Shown in pieces: positions 17,788-27,075 of a stretch of 57,631 bases of DNA. The DNA is from a virus, in the IMG/VR virus record IMGVR_UViG_3300032605_000021; one strand, 5' to 3'. The notes beneath the pieces were generated by a model that saw nothing but the letters and a program-made list of their open reading frames with translations, ran no database searches and had not been told where the DNA came from. The position numbers and the translations under genes were made by a program. Numbering within the stretch: position 1 is the first letter of the stretch; the number at the start of each line of letters is the position of its first letter.

Positions 17788-20373
17788 TTATGCTGAAATG
17801 AACTTTGAGACCTTATCAACCAACTCTTTTGCCGCCTGTACGGGTGCTCCACTGAGTTTAGGTGTCGTGATCGGGACTGCGGCTTGCTGCCGAAGGTTGG
17901 CGAGTGCGGCCATGGCATCATCAAGTGCTGCGGCTTCAAGTTGCTGCACGGTCGGATTGGGTTGTGGCGGAGGCGGCGCACCTGCCCGGCCAATCTCGCC
18001 TTTGAGTTTTTCCTTATAGCTGGCAACCTGTGCCTCGTAATCGAGCGCCAGCCTCTTGAACGCGATGATATTCTGCCAGCCGAGCGGATTCTGCTGCTTG
18101 ACGTCGCAGTTCTCAGCGCAGAACTGGTCGATTGTCGGGAGCAGAATGGTGTAATCCTCAACCCACTTGTTCGGAGCGATCGACGGATTGAACATGGGCG
18201 TCCCGTCGTCGGGGTCGGTCATCTGCATCCCGTTGGGGCCAATCTTCGGTGTAGGGGGCGTCTGGAGCAGCCGGCGGATGTCCTGAAGCGTCTTTGAACG
18301 CTGTGCGGCGCCAGGGGCAACCGAGCCCGGCAGACCCCAGTAATCGTTGAGGAGTTGCTGGTTAGCTGTCTCGTCAAGCCAGGCCAGGGCTGCCGGGTTC
18401 TGCTTCTCGGCCATCTCCATGATGGTCTCGCACCATTGCCGCTTTTGCTCGGGCGTCATTGGCAGGCCTTCGTCAGTGTTGGCCTTCACCCTCACCCGTC
18501 CCTGCATCTCGTCAAGGTGGACGTAGTTGTTGCGGAACTCGCTGCCGTTCTCCTCAATTACCTGCCAAAGTGAGCCAGTGTACTTCATGTTGACCTGAAG
18601 GCACTCAATGGCGTTCTGGCCGGCGGCGGCATGTTCATCCTTGATCGAATCGTAGATGTCGCCCAGCGGTCCCATGGCCTGATCGAGCATCTGCTTCTGA
18701 CCCTTGCCGGTCTCGACGCCGGGTGTGGTCCCGGTACCGGATACCTGGGGCGGTATGCCGGAGATGATCTGGCAGTAGTTCCAGAGCCGGTCGAGGTAGT
18801 TCATCAGGCCGGGGTCCATCTGGAACTGGAAGTGGTAGATTGCATTCGACAGAGGCTGGGTGACTCCCTCGCCGATTGACGGGGTTGGATTGAGCACTCC
18901 GCCAGTCAGCGGCTTGCCGCTCATCTCCCGAATGTCGATGCGCCTGGGGTCAACCAGCGTGATGCCAGTCGAGCAGCGCTCCATGTAGTCGTCGAGGATG
19001 TTGTTGATGGCATTGAACCGCTCGTTGAACGGAACTACGTTGTCGGCCACGCTCGGCGGATATAGGCCGTAACCGTGGTGAAGTTTGCAGGCCGACCACT
19101 CTTTGATCAGCACGGCCGGCTCGATGTTGAGGATCACCGGGCCCCACATGCTCAACTTTAGACCGTAGGGGAATAGCTGCTGCAACTTCTGGACAAAAGG
19201 CTTGTCCGCAGCGATGCGGTAGTAGGAATTTGGCTGGACCCAGACGAGCGAGTACGTCCCGCGCGCCGCGAAGATGTCGGCCGTGACCGAGAACGAGGAC
19301 GAGAATACCATCGTCCGGACCAGCCGCTCATAACTTGCGTTGTCGTTTGTCGCGCTCTCGACCCCCTCGGTTATCTCATCGGCCATGTCAGGGAAGGTTG
19401 CGCGAATGTCCGAGGCGTCAACTTCCCACTCAAGCGCCAGAAGCGGAACATCGGCGAGAAACTCTTTGGTTGGATCGGTGTCGACCTGGAGCGGAGAATA
19501 GATAGACCACTTCGGCAGCCCGTTCGGCTTCTTCTTCGTCCCGGTCTGGCCAATGACCGAGGATGTCTCGCCAGGTTGGAAGTCTTGGGGGCTGAGCTGC
19601 GCACCGCAGTGCACGCAGTTCATGCCGCCAGATTGGGCCATCTCCGTTTCAGAGGAGTCTTGCCCGCAGGTGGTGCAATGGAAATGGTCGTCAGAGATTT
19701 TGGCATCGACGTCGCCATACTGCGGAACGTCCTTATAGCCTACCCATGTCCCATCGATGACGAACCGAGTCCACTTGAAGTAGACACCGTAGAGGAATAG
19801 GTATTGGGATTCCAGTCCGAGCAAGCCCTTGACCGCATTCGCCTCTTCGATGATCGAGATTGCTTCCTGGGCAGCCTTGGCGGTCGTCATGTCGGCCAGG
19901 TTCTCAGCGTTCTCAGGACGAACAACGACGGGGGGCACGGCGCGCGCCACGGCCGCGGCAAAGTTGCGCCGGCAGGTCTGAGTGATGTTGTTGACATACT
20001 TCTCGAGGTAGCTGTAATCGGACTCCTGATTGTTCTGGCGATACCAGGCGACCGCATCAAAGTAAGTCCGGCTGATCGGATCCCATCCAAGAATCTGCTT
20101 GCCCTTGTCGTACTCGGTGCTCTTGAGCCAGTTCGGCATCTTCATGATGCGGTCGGTTGCCCACTGGGTCCGGAATGGCTGAATGATCTCGCCGACGATG
20201 CGCTGACCCTCCTCCTTGGTCAGTCCACACATGCGCTCGAGCTGCTCAGAGTCGCCGCGGAGAGGGTTCTGTGGGTTGTGCTCGACGTTGGGCGAGGGTT
20301 GCGGTTGCTGCTGCCCTTGATCTGGCGGCATCGCGCCGGATTGCATGGTCAGAACTGGAGGACTAGCCGCCAT
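17788..20373 (-). CDS. Portal protein (putative), with inserted CxxC...CxxC zinc ribbon
   Basis: 861-aa ORF directly upstream of scaffold and capsid, of a size typical for large podovirus portals. Insertion HCTTCGQ...NCVHCG at residues 233-256. Confidence 0.6.
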   Translation of the reverse strand: MAASPPVLTMQSGAMPPDQGQQQPQPSPNVEHNPQNPLRGDSEQLERMCGLTKEEGQRIVGEIIQPFRTQWATDRIMKMPNWLKSTEYDKGKQILGWDPISRTYFDAVAWYRQNNQESDYSYLEKYVNNITQTCRRNFAAAVARAVPPVVVRPENAENLADMTTAKAAQEAISIIEEANAVKGLLGLESQYLFLYGVYFKWTRFVIDGTWVGYKDVPQYGDVDAKISDDHFHCTTCGQDSSETEMAQSGGMNCVHCGAQLSPQDFQPGETSSVIGQTGTKKKPNGLPKWSIYSPLQVDTDPTKEFLADVPLLALEWEVDASDIRATFPDMADEITEGVESATNDNASYERLVRTMVFSSSFSVTADIFAARGTYSLVWVQPNSYYRIAADKPFVQKLQQLFPYGLKLSMWGPVILNIEPAVLIKEWSACKLHHGYGLYPPSVADNVVPFNERFNAINNILDDYMERCSTGITLVDPRRIDIREMSGKPLTGGVLNPTPSIGEGVTQPLSNAIYHFQFQMDPGLMNYLDRLWNYCQIISGIPPQVSGTGTTPGVETGKGQKQMLDQAMGPLGDIYDSIKDEHAAAGQNAIECLQVNMKYTGSLWQVIEENGSEFRNNYVHLDEMQGRVRVKANTDEGLPMTPEQKRQWCETIMEMAEKQNPAALAWLDETANQQLLNDYWGLPGSVAPGAAQRSKTLQDIRRLLQTPPTPKIGPNGMQMTDPDDGTPMFNPSIAPNKWVEDYTILLPTIDQFCAENCDVKQQNPLGWQNIIAFKRLALDYEAQVASYKEKLKGEIGRAGAPPPPQPNPTVQQLEAAALDDAMAALANLRQQAAVPITTPKLSGAPVQAAKELVDKVSKFISA

Positions 20374-20689
20374 TTGCTTCCCTCTTTATGCGGAGTAATC
20401 TAGCCCGCATTTCGTCGAGCTGCGCCGCTACACCCTTGGCGCCGGGGACCTGGGCCGCGGCGTAAGCGCTCTGATTGGCAAAGCCGATGACGTTGGCGAT
20501 GGTGGGACGGCCCTGGATTGGCTGAATCTTCGACAAGTCTGTCTCCGCTCCAATCACAGGCAGCGCCGCTGGGTGCCGCTCCAGATAGTCGAGGAATTTG
20601 GTGCGCAGCGCTTCGAGCGCATCTTCAGCCTTCTGCGCGCGAGTGCGTTCCTCGTTGAAGCGTTCGCGGGAGACCCAAGGGAATCGCAT
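20363..20689 (-). CDS. Hypothetical protein
   Basis: 108-aa ORF overlapping the portal start by 11 nt. Confidence 0.5.
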   Translation of the reverse strand: MRFPWVSRERFNEERTRAQKAEDALEALRTKFLDYLERHPAALPVIGAETDLSKIQPIQGRPTIANVIGFANQSAYAAAQVPGAKGVAAQLDEMRARLLRIKREANGG

Positions 20690-21135
20690 TAGTTGTACTC
20701 GATGACCATGACACTGGTCCCTGTCGCAGTGCCAGAGCGCAATTGGATCATCGTAGTAGCCGCTTGTGCCGCCTGCTGTGCGGCGGGCATGCCCACGATT
20801 GGCTGTGCGAGTTGGCCGATGATCTCGCCCATCTCCAGGTGCTGTGTTCGGTCCCCGCCAAGGACAATCTCCGCCTCAGTGATGTTTCCCTGAGCGGTTA
20901 CGTCGTTCGCGCCGGCCTCGGTGAAGATGGTCGTAAACCCATTGGCTGTGTTGTCGTTTGGAACTCTGTATTGGAGCAGGCCTTGAAGCGTGTTTGCTCC
21001 CCCAGCGGCTGTAAGTGTGCTTTCTTTGATGATGAGCCGGCGGACGGTGGACTTGGCTAGGACGGAAACAAATGCACCGCCGCTGCCGTTGATGTCGAGG
21101 ACGTACTGGCTTCCAGCGTATCCCGGTGCACTCAT
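20689..21135 (-). CDS. Hypothetical protein
   Basis: 148-aa ORF with 1-nt overlaps on both sides. Confidence 0.5.
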   Translation of the reverse strand: MSAPGYAGSQYVLDINGSGGAFVSVLAKSTVRRLIIKESTLTAAGGANTLQGLLQYRVPNDNTANGFTTIFTEAGANDVTAQGNITEAEIVLGGDRTQHLEMGEIIGQLAQPIVGMPAAQQAAQAATTMIQLRSGTATGTSVMVIEYN

Positions 21136-21317
21136 TAGCAGCCCGCTTTCTTGCCAAAGATGCGCTGACCGGCTCTCTTCGGCTTGAGATTCGACGGTTT
21201 CTCTGCGGCGCCGTTGTTGAGCGGCTCCTCTTGCTTCATGTGGAACTTCTCGTTGCCAGGCAGCGGGATCTTCTTTGCCCGAAACATCGACTTGCCTTTT
21301 GAGTGATTGATGTCCAT
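21135..21317 (-). CDS. Small basic protein (60 aa)
   Basis: Internal ATG at 21317 is preceded by GAGGAAACC. Product MDINHSKGKSMFRAKKIPLPG... The longer 137-aa version has an implausible Arg/Pro/Gly-rich N-terminus. Confidence 0.35.
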   Translation of the reverse strand: MDINHSKGKSMFRAKKIPLPGNEKFHMKQEEPLNNGAAEKPSNLKPKRAGQRIFGKKAGC

Positions 21318-21346
21318 GGTTTCCTCGACTCTTGAATTTGTGTTGC

Positions 21347-21381
21347 CGCGGGCTCTACCGCCGCTCTGCTTCGAGCCCGCG
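21347..21381 (-). other. GC-rich hairpin in the 196-bp intergenic gap
   Basis: cgcgggctc (21347-21355) and gagcccgcg (21373-21381) are perfect 9-bp inverted repeats with a 17-nt loop. Confidence 0.5.
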
Positions 21382-21513
21382 TGATCCCCGGGAAGCGGCA
21401 GAAACCGGAGAGGCAACATCTTGAAATGGAAAGGGCCCCTTTCGAGGCCCCTCCTGCTCTGGCAACTGCCGCGACATCCTTTCAACGACAAAGGTTGCGG
21501 CCTCCAGGGGAAT

Positions 21514-22128
21514 TTACAGCCCAACTGCGGAAAGCTGCTGCTGCGCAAAGGTAATCTGAATCTGCGCCTGCTTCTCAGATGTCCCGTAGTGCGCAGCGAT
21601 CATTCTGATCTGCTCTTGCTGGTTCATCAGCGGCTCGACCATGGATACCTTGATAGGTGCGGCGATGACCCCAACAGAGAGCGTATTGCCTTTGATAGTA
21701 GAGATCAGCGCCAGAACCGCCGTTAGTGCTGTGGCCAGCCCTTGAATCGCCAGCATGATACGTTGCTGACTGGCGGGGTTGACGATCTTCACCGCTTGTA
21801 AGAGTGCAGCGTTGACATTCTGCTGAAATCCGAGTATCTGAGCTTGAAGTTGCTGCAATGCACTTGCGGTCGGGTTGGCGAGATAGGTTTTTGCCTGGTT
21901 AGAAAATAGATCGGCAGCCGCGACAAAACCGGTTGTGGCAGCGGCAATAATTGTTGCCTCCGCGGGGTCAAGGCTGGCAACGACCTGGCCGATAGTGGTA
22001 GCGGTTGAAACAACGGTCGGGGTCCAGTTTACGATGTCCTGAGCGATGGTGACTCCAGAGCATGCGCTCATCCAGCAAACCGACGCCCAGAGCGCGACGG
22101 CGGCGACTACTGCGGTGATTCGTTTCAT
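21514..22128 (-). CDS. Lipoprotein (lipobox-like signal)
   Basis: N-terminus MKRITAVVAAVALWASVCWMSAC|SG has a basic n-region, a hydrophobic core and an MSAC lipobox-like site. Confidence 0.55.
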   Translation of the reverse strand: MKRITAVVAAVALWASVCWMSACSGVTIAQDIVNWTPTVVSTATTIGQVVASLDPAEATIIAAATTGFVAAADLFSNQAKTYLANPTASALQQLQAQILGFQQNVNAALLQAVKIVNPASQQRIMLAIQGLATALTAVLALISTIKGNTLSVGVIAAPIKVSMVEPLMNQQEQIRMIAAHYGTSEKQAQIQITFAQQQLSAVGL

Positions 22129-22136
22129 GGTCCTCC

Positions 22137-22379
22137 TTACTGCTTGGTTGCGTTTGGGTTAGTGCCCGGCGCGGGACGGTATAGATGCACCAGGGCGGCG
22201 ATTGCAGCGGTCAGGGCATAGCCGGTCAGCTTGTTCAGACCAGCGCGCGTCCAGTCGATCTTTCCGGATGCAAGCTCATCTTGAATCGCTGAGACCACCG
22301 CACCCACGGCAGCACTGGAAGTGGTGACGAAAATAGGGTTGCTCTTAATCGAGGCCCACAGTTGTTTGAGGAATTGCAT
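22137..22379 (-). CDS. Two-TM small membrane protein (holin-like)
   Basis: 80 aa with two hydrophobic stretches (IFVTTSSAAVGAVVSAI and LTGYALTAAIAALVHL). Confidence 0.4.
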   Translation of the reverse strand: MQFLKQLWASIKSNPIFVTTSSAAVGAVVSAIQDELASGKIDWTRAGLNKLTGYALTAAIAALVHLYRPAPGTNPNATKQ

Positions 22380-22381
22380 GG

Positions 22382-22588
22382 CTACTCCTTTGCTGTCAGT
22401 TTGGCGATGACGCTCTCCAGCCGGATCACGTCTTCGCGCCAGATTCGCGCCTGTTTCTGCGCCGGAACTGGGTCATCCCATACCTGATCCGGCTCTGTGA
22501 CGGGCGCTTCCACGCATGGGTCTGGCGGTTTCGGCATTGGTTGACCGGGAGGAGGAAGTGGGTTCGGTTTGTTCGGCCACGTGCTCAT
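22382..22588 (-). CDS. Small Pro-rich protein
   Basis: 68-aa ORF with a 4-nt overlap with the upstream gene (PNPLPPPGQPMPKPPDP). Confidence 0.4.
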   Translation of the reverse strand: MSTWPNKPNPLPPPGQPMPKPPDPCVEAPVTEPDQVWDDPVPAQKQARIWREDVIRLESVIAKLTAKE

Positions 22589-23037
22589 TGACTTATCCTT
22601 TCGCTAGTCACCGTTTGCGGTGCTGTTCCCTGTGACGATGATATGCCCGGAATCGGGATGCTGATGCTTATTTTGCGCATCGAGTCGCGGTAGGTAAGCC
22701 AGAGCATCAGGCCAGCGATAATCACTCCGGCAATAGAGAGTCGAATTGTCTGCTTTCGGTTTGTTGCCTCAAGGTGATCCTTGATTCCCTGGTCGCGCTT
22801 GTTTTGGTGTATTTCGTGGTCCTTTTCGTGCGCTCTGTGATCGGTAAAGAACTCGTGGGCTTCTTTCTGAAAGTTAGCCATTTCCCGAAAGAATCCTGGG
22901 TTACCATTGCCGCGTAGATCGTGAACAAGGTCTTCAAGCATCTTCTTCTGTGTTCCTACCTCTCCGCGCAAATTTGCGAGCGCGAGACACTCAGTTTGGC
23001 ATTGCAGATCGTATTCATGCTCTCGTCCCTGCGCCAT
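22585..23037 (-). CDS. Membrane-anchored protein with a single TM near the C-terminus
   Basis: 150 aa with a charged, His-rich N-terminal part followed by IRLSIAGVIIAGLMLWLTY. Confidence 0.45.
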   Translation of the reverse strand: MAQGREHEYDLQCQTECLALANLRGEVGTQKKMLEDLVHDLRGNGNPGFFREMANFQKEAHEFFTDHRAHEKDHEIHQNKRDQGIKDHLEATNRKQTIRLSIAGVIIAGLMLWLTYRDSMRKISISIPIPGISSSQGTAPQTVTSERISQ

Positions 23038-23117
23038 GTCATCTCCTGGCCCTCGATCTCTGTCTACCCCGGCCTTCCTATTTACTGGAGCCTCGCCGGT
23101 ACTGCATTGCCCATCGC

Positions 23118-23198
23118 TTAATTACCTGTCCCCCATCCCGGCCAGAGGCGCCGGAGGCTGAGCCCTGCTGCAAGAATCAGTGCAAGTGCGAGGGTCAT
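23118..23198 (-). CDS. 26-aa hydrophobic micro-peptide (tentative)
   Basis: ATGA stop-start overlap with the 90-aa ORF. Product MTLALALILAAGLSLRRLWPGWGTGN. Confidence 0.25.
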   Translation of the reverse strand: MTLALALILAAGLSLRRLWPGWGTGN

Positions 23199-23467
23199 GG
23201 AAACACCTGATAAGTCACGGTGTAGGTTGCACAACAGGACGGCACTGCGGCAGAGTGTATCCATGTGATGCCTGTCTTCGTGACCGTAGGTGCACTCCAT
23301 GTCGTATCTGCTCCCGCATACTGCGTCATCACCAACGGCGCTGACGTAAATGGAACAGCGAACGTGTAGGAAATTGTGTTGCCTGAGGCCGAGCCACCAA
23401 CACTGGAGAGCGAGATGATGCCCCGCGAATCGTTCGGTCTTTCGCCGCGCTGCCTACGGCCGCACAA
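23195..23467 (-). CDS. Hypothetical protein downstream of the tail spike
   Basis: 90-aa ORF overlapping the spike gene end by 14 nt. The start is uncertain. Confidence 0.35.
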   Translation of the reverse strand: MCGRRQRGERPNDSRGIISLSSVGGSASGNTISYTFAVPFTSAPLVMTQYAGADTTWSAPTVTKTGITWIHSAAVPSCCATYTVTYQVFP

Positions 23468-26400
23468 TCACGCCGATATTCACGTTCACATTTCCTCCAG
23501 TTATCGCATTAATGTTCGCAACAGTGGAGATGAAATTAAGCTGAACCACGCCGTTTGACGACGCAAAAGTCGGTGGAGATGCAATCGTGGTACCCGTGGC
23601 CATCAGATTCGTTGGCGCGAGATATTGTGTTGCCGTCCCCGTACTGTCGCCGATACTCATCGTCAGCGTCGTAGGCCCTGTATAAGCTGTGGTGACGTTG
23701 ACACTCAGCGAACAAACCTGCCAGCCGGGAAAGAGCTGAAGTACGGGAAGAGTCAGCGTCGTGGCTGGAGTTCCCACTCCCGCCACAGCAGGGACTTGCC
23801 AAGGAATCTGCTTTTTGATGAGCGTGCAGGTGTTCAATGCGCCCTGTGCGGCAAGCATCGAAACATTGTCCTGTGTAGAGAGTTCCTGATAGAGTGCTGG
23901 CCCCTCATGCGTCCCATCGACGTACCAGTTCCCATTTGTGACCCATGTCGCTGTTCCCGTAGTCACTCCAGGATTCGAGGCCACTGGAAAGACCACTGTG
24001 CTCCCTGTGCAACTGGTCAGAGTTTTGTTGCCGTTTACCTGACTTGCAGCGCCAGCGAACAGCAAGACAGACCCCGCGTAGCACTCATAACTAGGTAACG
24101 GACTCGATAAAGTGCACGTCTCGTTGGGGCTGGAATAAGAGCATGAACTTACAGAGATCGCGGATTGATTGGGCAGATAAGCAGTCGGAGCCGTCTGCGT
24201 GGCTGCAATCGGGTCGGTGGCAATGTCATCCACGCCCTGATAGTTCAGCGTTCCCGCGATTGCGCCAGCGACGACTAGAGCGTTTGTACCCTGCCTGATT
24301 GTTTCCCTTGCACTGGTCATCTGACCAAAAGGGAGCGCCGTCGCGTATACCTTCGTCATATTCGGCACTTGGCCGTAGTGGGTGCTATCCGCCGATGCCT
24401 GAATTGTTGCGAAGCAGGCTGCGGCGCTTGTGCAAATCCCCTGGTAGATGTCGTTGATGATAGCGTCCAGGTGCAGGATTTGGAAATTATTTGTTTCCGT
24501 CAGCATCGTACCCAGGCCGCCTAACTGCCCGTTGATTAGTGATAGTTCTGTTCCCGACAAGCCAATGGCCTGATATGCAGACAGCGCGGAGTTGACCTTT
24601 GCGACATAGTACCCACGCGACGTATTCAGTGCGAACGACGACCCGAAATTAACGCTCCTGGAATCACCCTGATACCAAACCTTCGTAGCCTGTGGGGGCT
24701 TGGCGAAGGTCACTCCGTTGTAGGCTTGAATCTGCTGAGTTGCATACGATAACGCTTGCTCTACCTGAGCTTGAGTTAAAGTCTGCGTAAAGCCAATAAG
24801 AGCTTGCAGCGATCCGGCAAACCCGGATGATCCGGCTATCCCCGCATTGTGGCCAATGTAGGTATTCCCGCTTCCGCAGTACAGGGAAAAGCTGTTACTT
24901 TGATAAACCGTGCTGGTCTGGTTGACCCCATATATGTAGTCGTTTCCCGCTGTCGTGAACCCAAAGGCGATGTTCCCGTACATCAGATCTGTCGGCGCAT
25001 TTTGAGAGTGAGCGCCTGACGCTGGAAAAACCCCGCCATACGAGTTCTGAATCATGATCCCGTTCGATCCAGGGTCCGCAAGCAGCCATTGAGTACCGTT
25101 CGCATCTACCGGATTGGGCGAGGCTGGTGTAAAAAGCGCAATAACCGTGTTTACTCCACAGGTGGCCGCAGCCGGTATGGTTATCCACCCCTCATAAGTG
25201 TAGGACGGGGCGAAGACAAATCCATCCCCGTTGTTGAAATGCGAGGGCTTGTGAAATCCATCCGTCGCGCCAGTCGTTCCGTTGTAGCCGTTGCCGCTGG
25301 AGTCAATAAGTGTGACAAGCGGGTACGCAAGAGGCGTATTCGGCGCAAGGTACGCAAAGTGGGGTTGGTACGGCCATCCCGATGCAACCCCGGAGTCAAT
25401 AGCATTGCCGCTGGCATCGAACTTCAAAAGGTCGTTAACCGTGGCCGTTCCGGTAGAATGCTGCACCAAAGTCCCGTTACCTTGATTCGCATTCATGGCG
25501 GTACCAGCGTTGACTTGCAATGCGCCGTCTGCTTCAGTGCCCGGCACATTCAAGTTGTTTCCCGTCGCGTCCGTGGTGATGTTCGTACCTTGAGCAACCG
25601 CACCCGCAGAAGATGGGCCGCTAAGTATCTTGTAGCCACTCGTTGAATTAATTGTCCCGCTACCCGTCGCCGCCGTGTGCCACGCGCCATCAGCCCCGCA
25701 ATACTGCGTAGACGTGCCGCCGGGGGCGCAAGTGACTGCCTGACTGGTTGCGCTGCTCGTGGAGGTTATCGGGGTACTGCCGTTAATTGCCAATGAAGAA
25801 ACAGCTGCTTTGCCGCTACCGTCATCAAGAGTGTTATGGGTAGTTGTCACCTTGCCACTGTCGAATACGATTAAAGGGGTATTTGTCCCCGCAGCATTAA
25901 ACACTTGAAGATCATAGAAGGCGCCCGCACCACCCTGTACGCCCACACCGTTAGCCGAAGAACCTTGCAGACCAGACCCCAAGGAAACGACAATAGGCCC
26001 GGACATGGTGCCGCCCGCAAGCGGAAGGAAAGCTCCCGTGCTCCCTCCTACCGAATTCCAAGTGTAGCTCCCGCTTACGTTGCTGCATTGGTACAGAGTC
26101 AACGCAGCACTCGTGTAAAACGTGCCATTGTTTACCAACGAGGAGCACGTTGCCGAGGGAGCGTTCGATCCTGTTGACCACCCAGCCGCGCCCAGGTTCG
26201 CTAGTGCTCCTGCGGCGGTGGTCGCGCCGGTGCCACCCGCCGTCACCGGGACGCTCGTTTCTCCACTTATCGCTGTACCGTTGGTTAAGTAGTAGGCAAT
26301 CTGTCCGGTTGTGCCAGGGTTGATGGGGCCGGTGGTGCATGGAGTAGTGATTGTAGTCAGCAAACCGCCGGCCCCCGCCTGCACGCAATCGCCAGATGTC

Positions 26401-27068
26401 AGAGCCGAATCAACGACATTTGCCGATGCGATGGTCCCAGTGCAGGTGATGCTCCCCACTCCCACAGACGTACATCCGGCAAAGGACAGCGAGGAGGCGA
26501 CGTAAGCCGAGCCGTTCCAGAGGTAAGGCACAATCACCGATGATCGCCAGTCAAAAATGGGTACGTTTGTACTTCCCATGGCTGACGTAATCATGGCTGT
26601 TGTACCGCCCAGCCGCGTCCAGTCCGGCGTCAGAATCACCTGGTAGGGCAGGCCGTGCGCGTAGTTTATCGCCTCTTGCAATCCAGCGGTTGCCGAGCCG
26701 AGGGTGAAGCTGGAGTGATGGTTGACCGGACTGACCGTGATTGAGCATCCCGACCCGCTTACCCTGACCGCCGAGGGAGTCACGATCTCGCTATTGGCTG
26801 AAACCTGATCCCTGATGTAGATTGGCGTGCCAACGGCGAAAACTGGATTCAGAGGAATATTCGAGGCTGTCACGGTGCAGAATGATGGAACAGACCAAGC
26901 GAATTGACCAGTATTTCCCTGGGGCACCTGCCACTGGCCGAAGTTAGACGCATAAAGCAGGCCTGCGTCATTGCCAGGGCCAGTCGTTACGGTGCCGGGA
27001 CTCTGAGCGCAGATCAACTGTCCTGCGCTCAAGATCATCGTCGAAAGCAAAGTAGAGAGTCTTTTCAT
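23454..27068 (-). CDS. Tail spike/fibre with LamG-like and SGNH/GDSL-esterase-like regions; signal-peptide-like N-terminus
   Basis: 1204 aa. Fibre motifs GGTGATTAAGALANLGA and LPLAGGTMSGPI. WYQGDSRS (GDS block, residues 801-803) and DAIINDIY (G-x-N-D-like block). The N-terminal ~170 aa are paralogous to 27076..28044 and 28145..29098. Confidence 0.6.
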   Translation of the reverse strand: MKRLSTLLSTMILSAGQLICAQSPGTVTTGPGNDAGLLYASNFGQWQVPQGNTGQFAWSVPSFCTVTASNIPLNPVFAVGTPIYIRDQVSANSEIVTPSAVRVSGSGCSITVSPVNHHSSFTLGSATAGLQEAINYAHGLPYQVILTPDWTRLGGTTAMITSAMGSTNVPIFDWRSSVIVPYLWNGSAYVASSLSFAGCTSVGVGSITCTGTIASANVVDSALTSGDCVQAGAGGLLTTITTPCTTGPINPGTTGQIAYYLTNGTAISGETSVPVTAGGTGATTAAGALANLGAAGWSTGSNAPSATCSSLVNNGTFYTSAALTLYQCSNVSGSYTWNSVGGSTGAFLPLAGGTMSGPIVVSLGSGLQGSSANGVGVQGGAGAFYDLQVFNAAGTNTPLIVFDSGKVTTTHNTLDDGSGKAAVSSLAINGSTPITSTSSATSQAVTCAPGGTSTQYCGADGAWHTAATGSGTINSTSGYKILSGPSSAGAVAQGTNITTDATGNNLNVPGTEADGALQVNAGTAMNANQGNGTLVQHSTGTATVNDLLKFDASGNAIDSGVASGWPYQPHFAYLAPNTPLAYPLVTLIDSSGNGYNGTTGATDGFHKPSHFNNGDGFVFAPSYTYEGWITIPAAATCGVNTVIALFTPASPNPVDANGTQWLLADPGSNGIMIQNSYGGVFPASGAHSQNAPTDLMYGNIAFGFTTAGNDYIYGVNQTSTVYQSNSFSLYCGSGNTYIGHNAGIAGSSGFAGSLQALIGFTQTLTQAQVEQALSYATQQIQAYNGVTFAKPPQATKVWYQGDSRSVNFGSSFALNTSRGYYVAKVNSALSAYQAIGLSGTELSLINGQLGGLGTMLTETNNFQILHLDAIINDIYQGICTSAAACFATIQASADSTHYGQVPNMTKVYATALPFGQMTSARETIRQGTNALVVAGAIAGTLNYQGVDDIATDPIAATQTAPTAYLPNQSAISVSSCSYSSPNETCTLSSPLPSYECYAGSVLLFAGAASQVNGNKTLTSCTGSTVVFPVASNPGVTTGTATWVTNGNWYVDGTHEGPALYQELSTQDNVSMLAAQGALNTCTLIKKQIPWQVPAVAGVGTPATTLTLPVLQLFPGWQVCSLSVNVTTAYTGPTTLTMSIGDSTGTATQYLAPTNLMATGTTIASPPTFASSNGVVQLNFISTVANINAITGGNVNVNIGVIVRP

Positions 27069-27075
27069 CGGTCCC

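Noticed and set aside
21318-21548. 137-aa version of ORF 21135..21548
   Set aside because: The N-terminal 77 residues are Arg/Pro/Gly/Ser-rich, span the hairpin-containing spacer and overlap the lipoprotein gene end. The internal ATG at 21317 with GAGGAAACC upstream is preferred.
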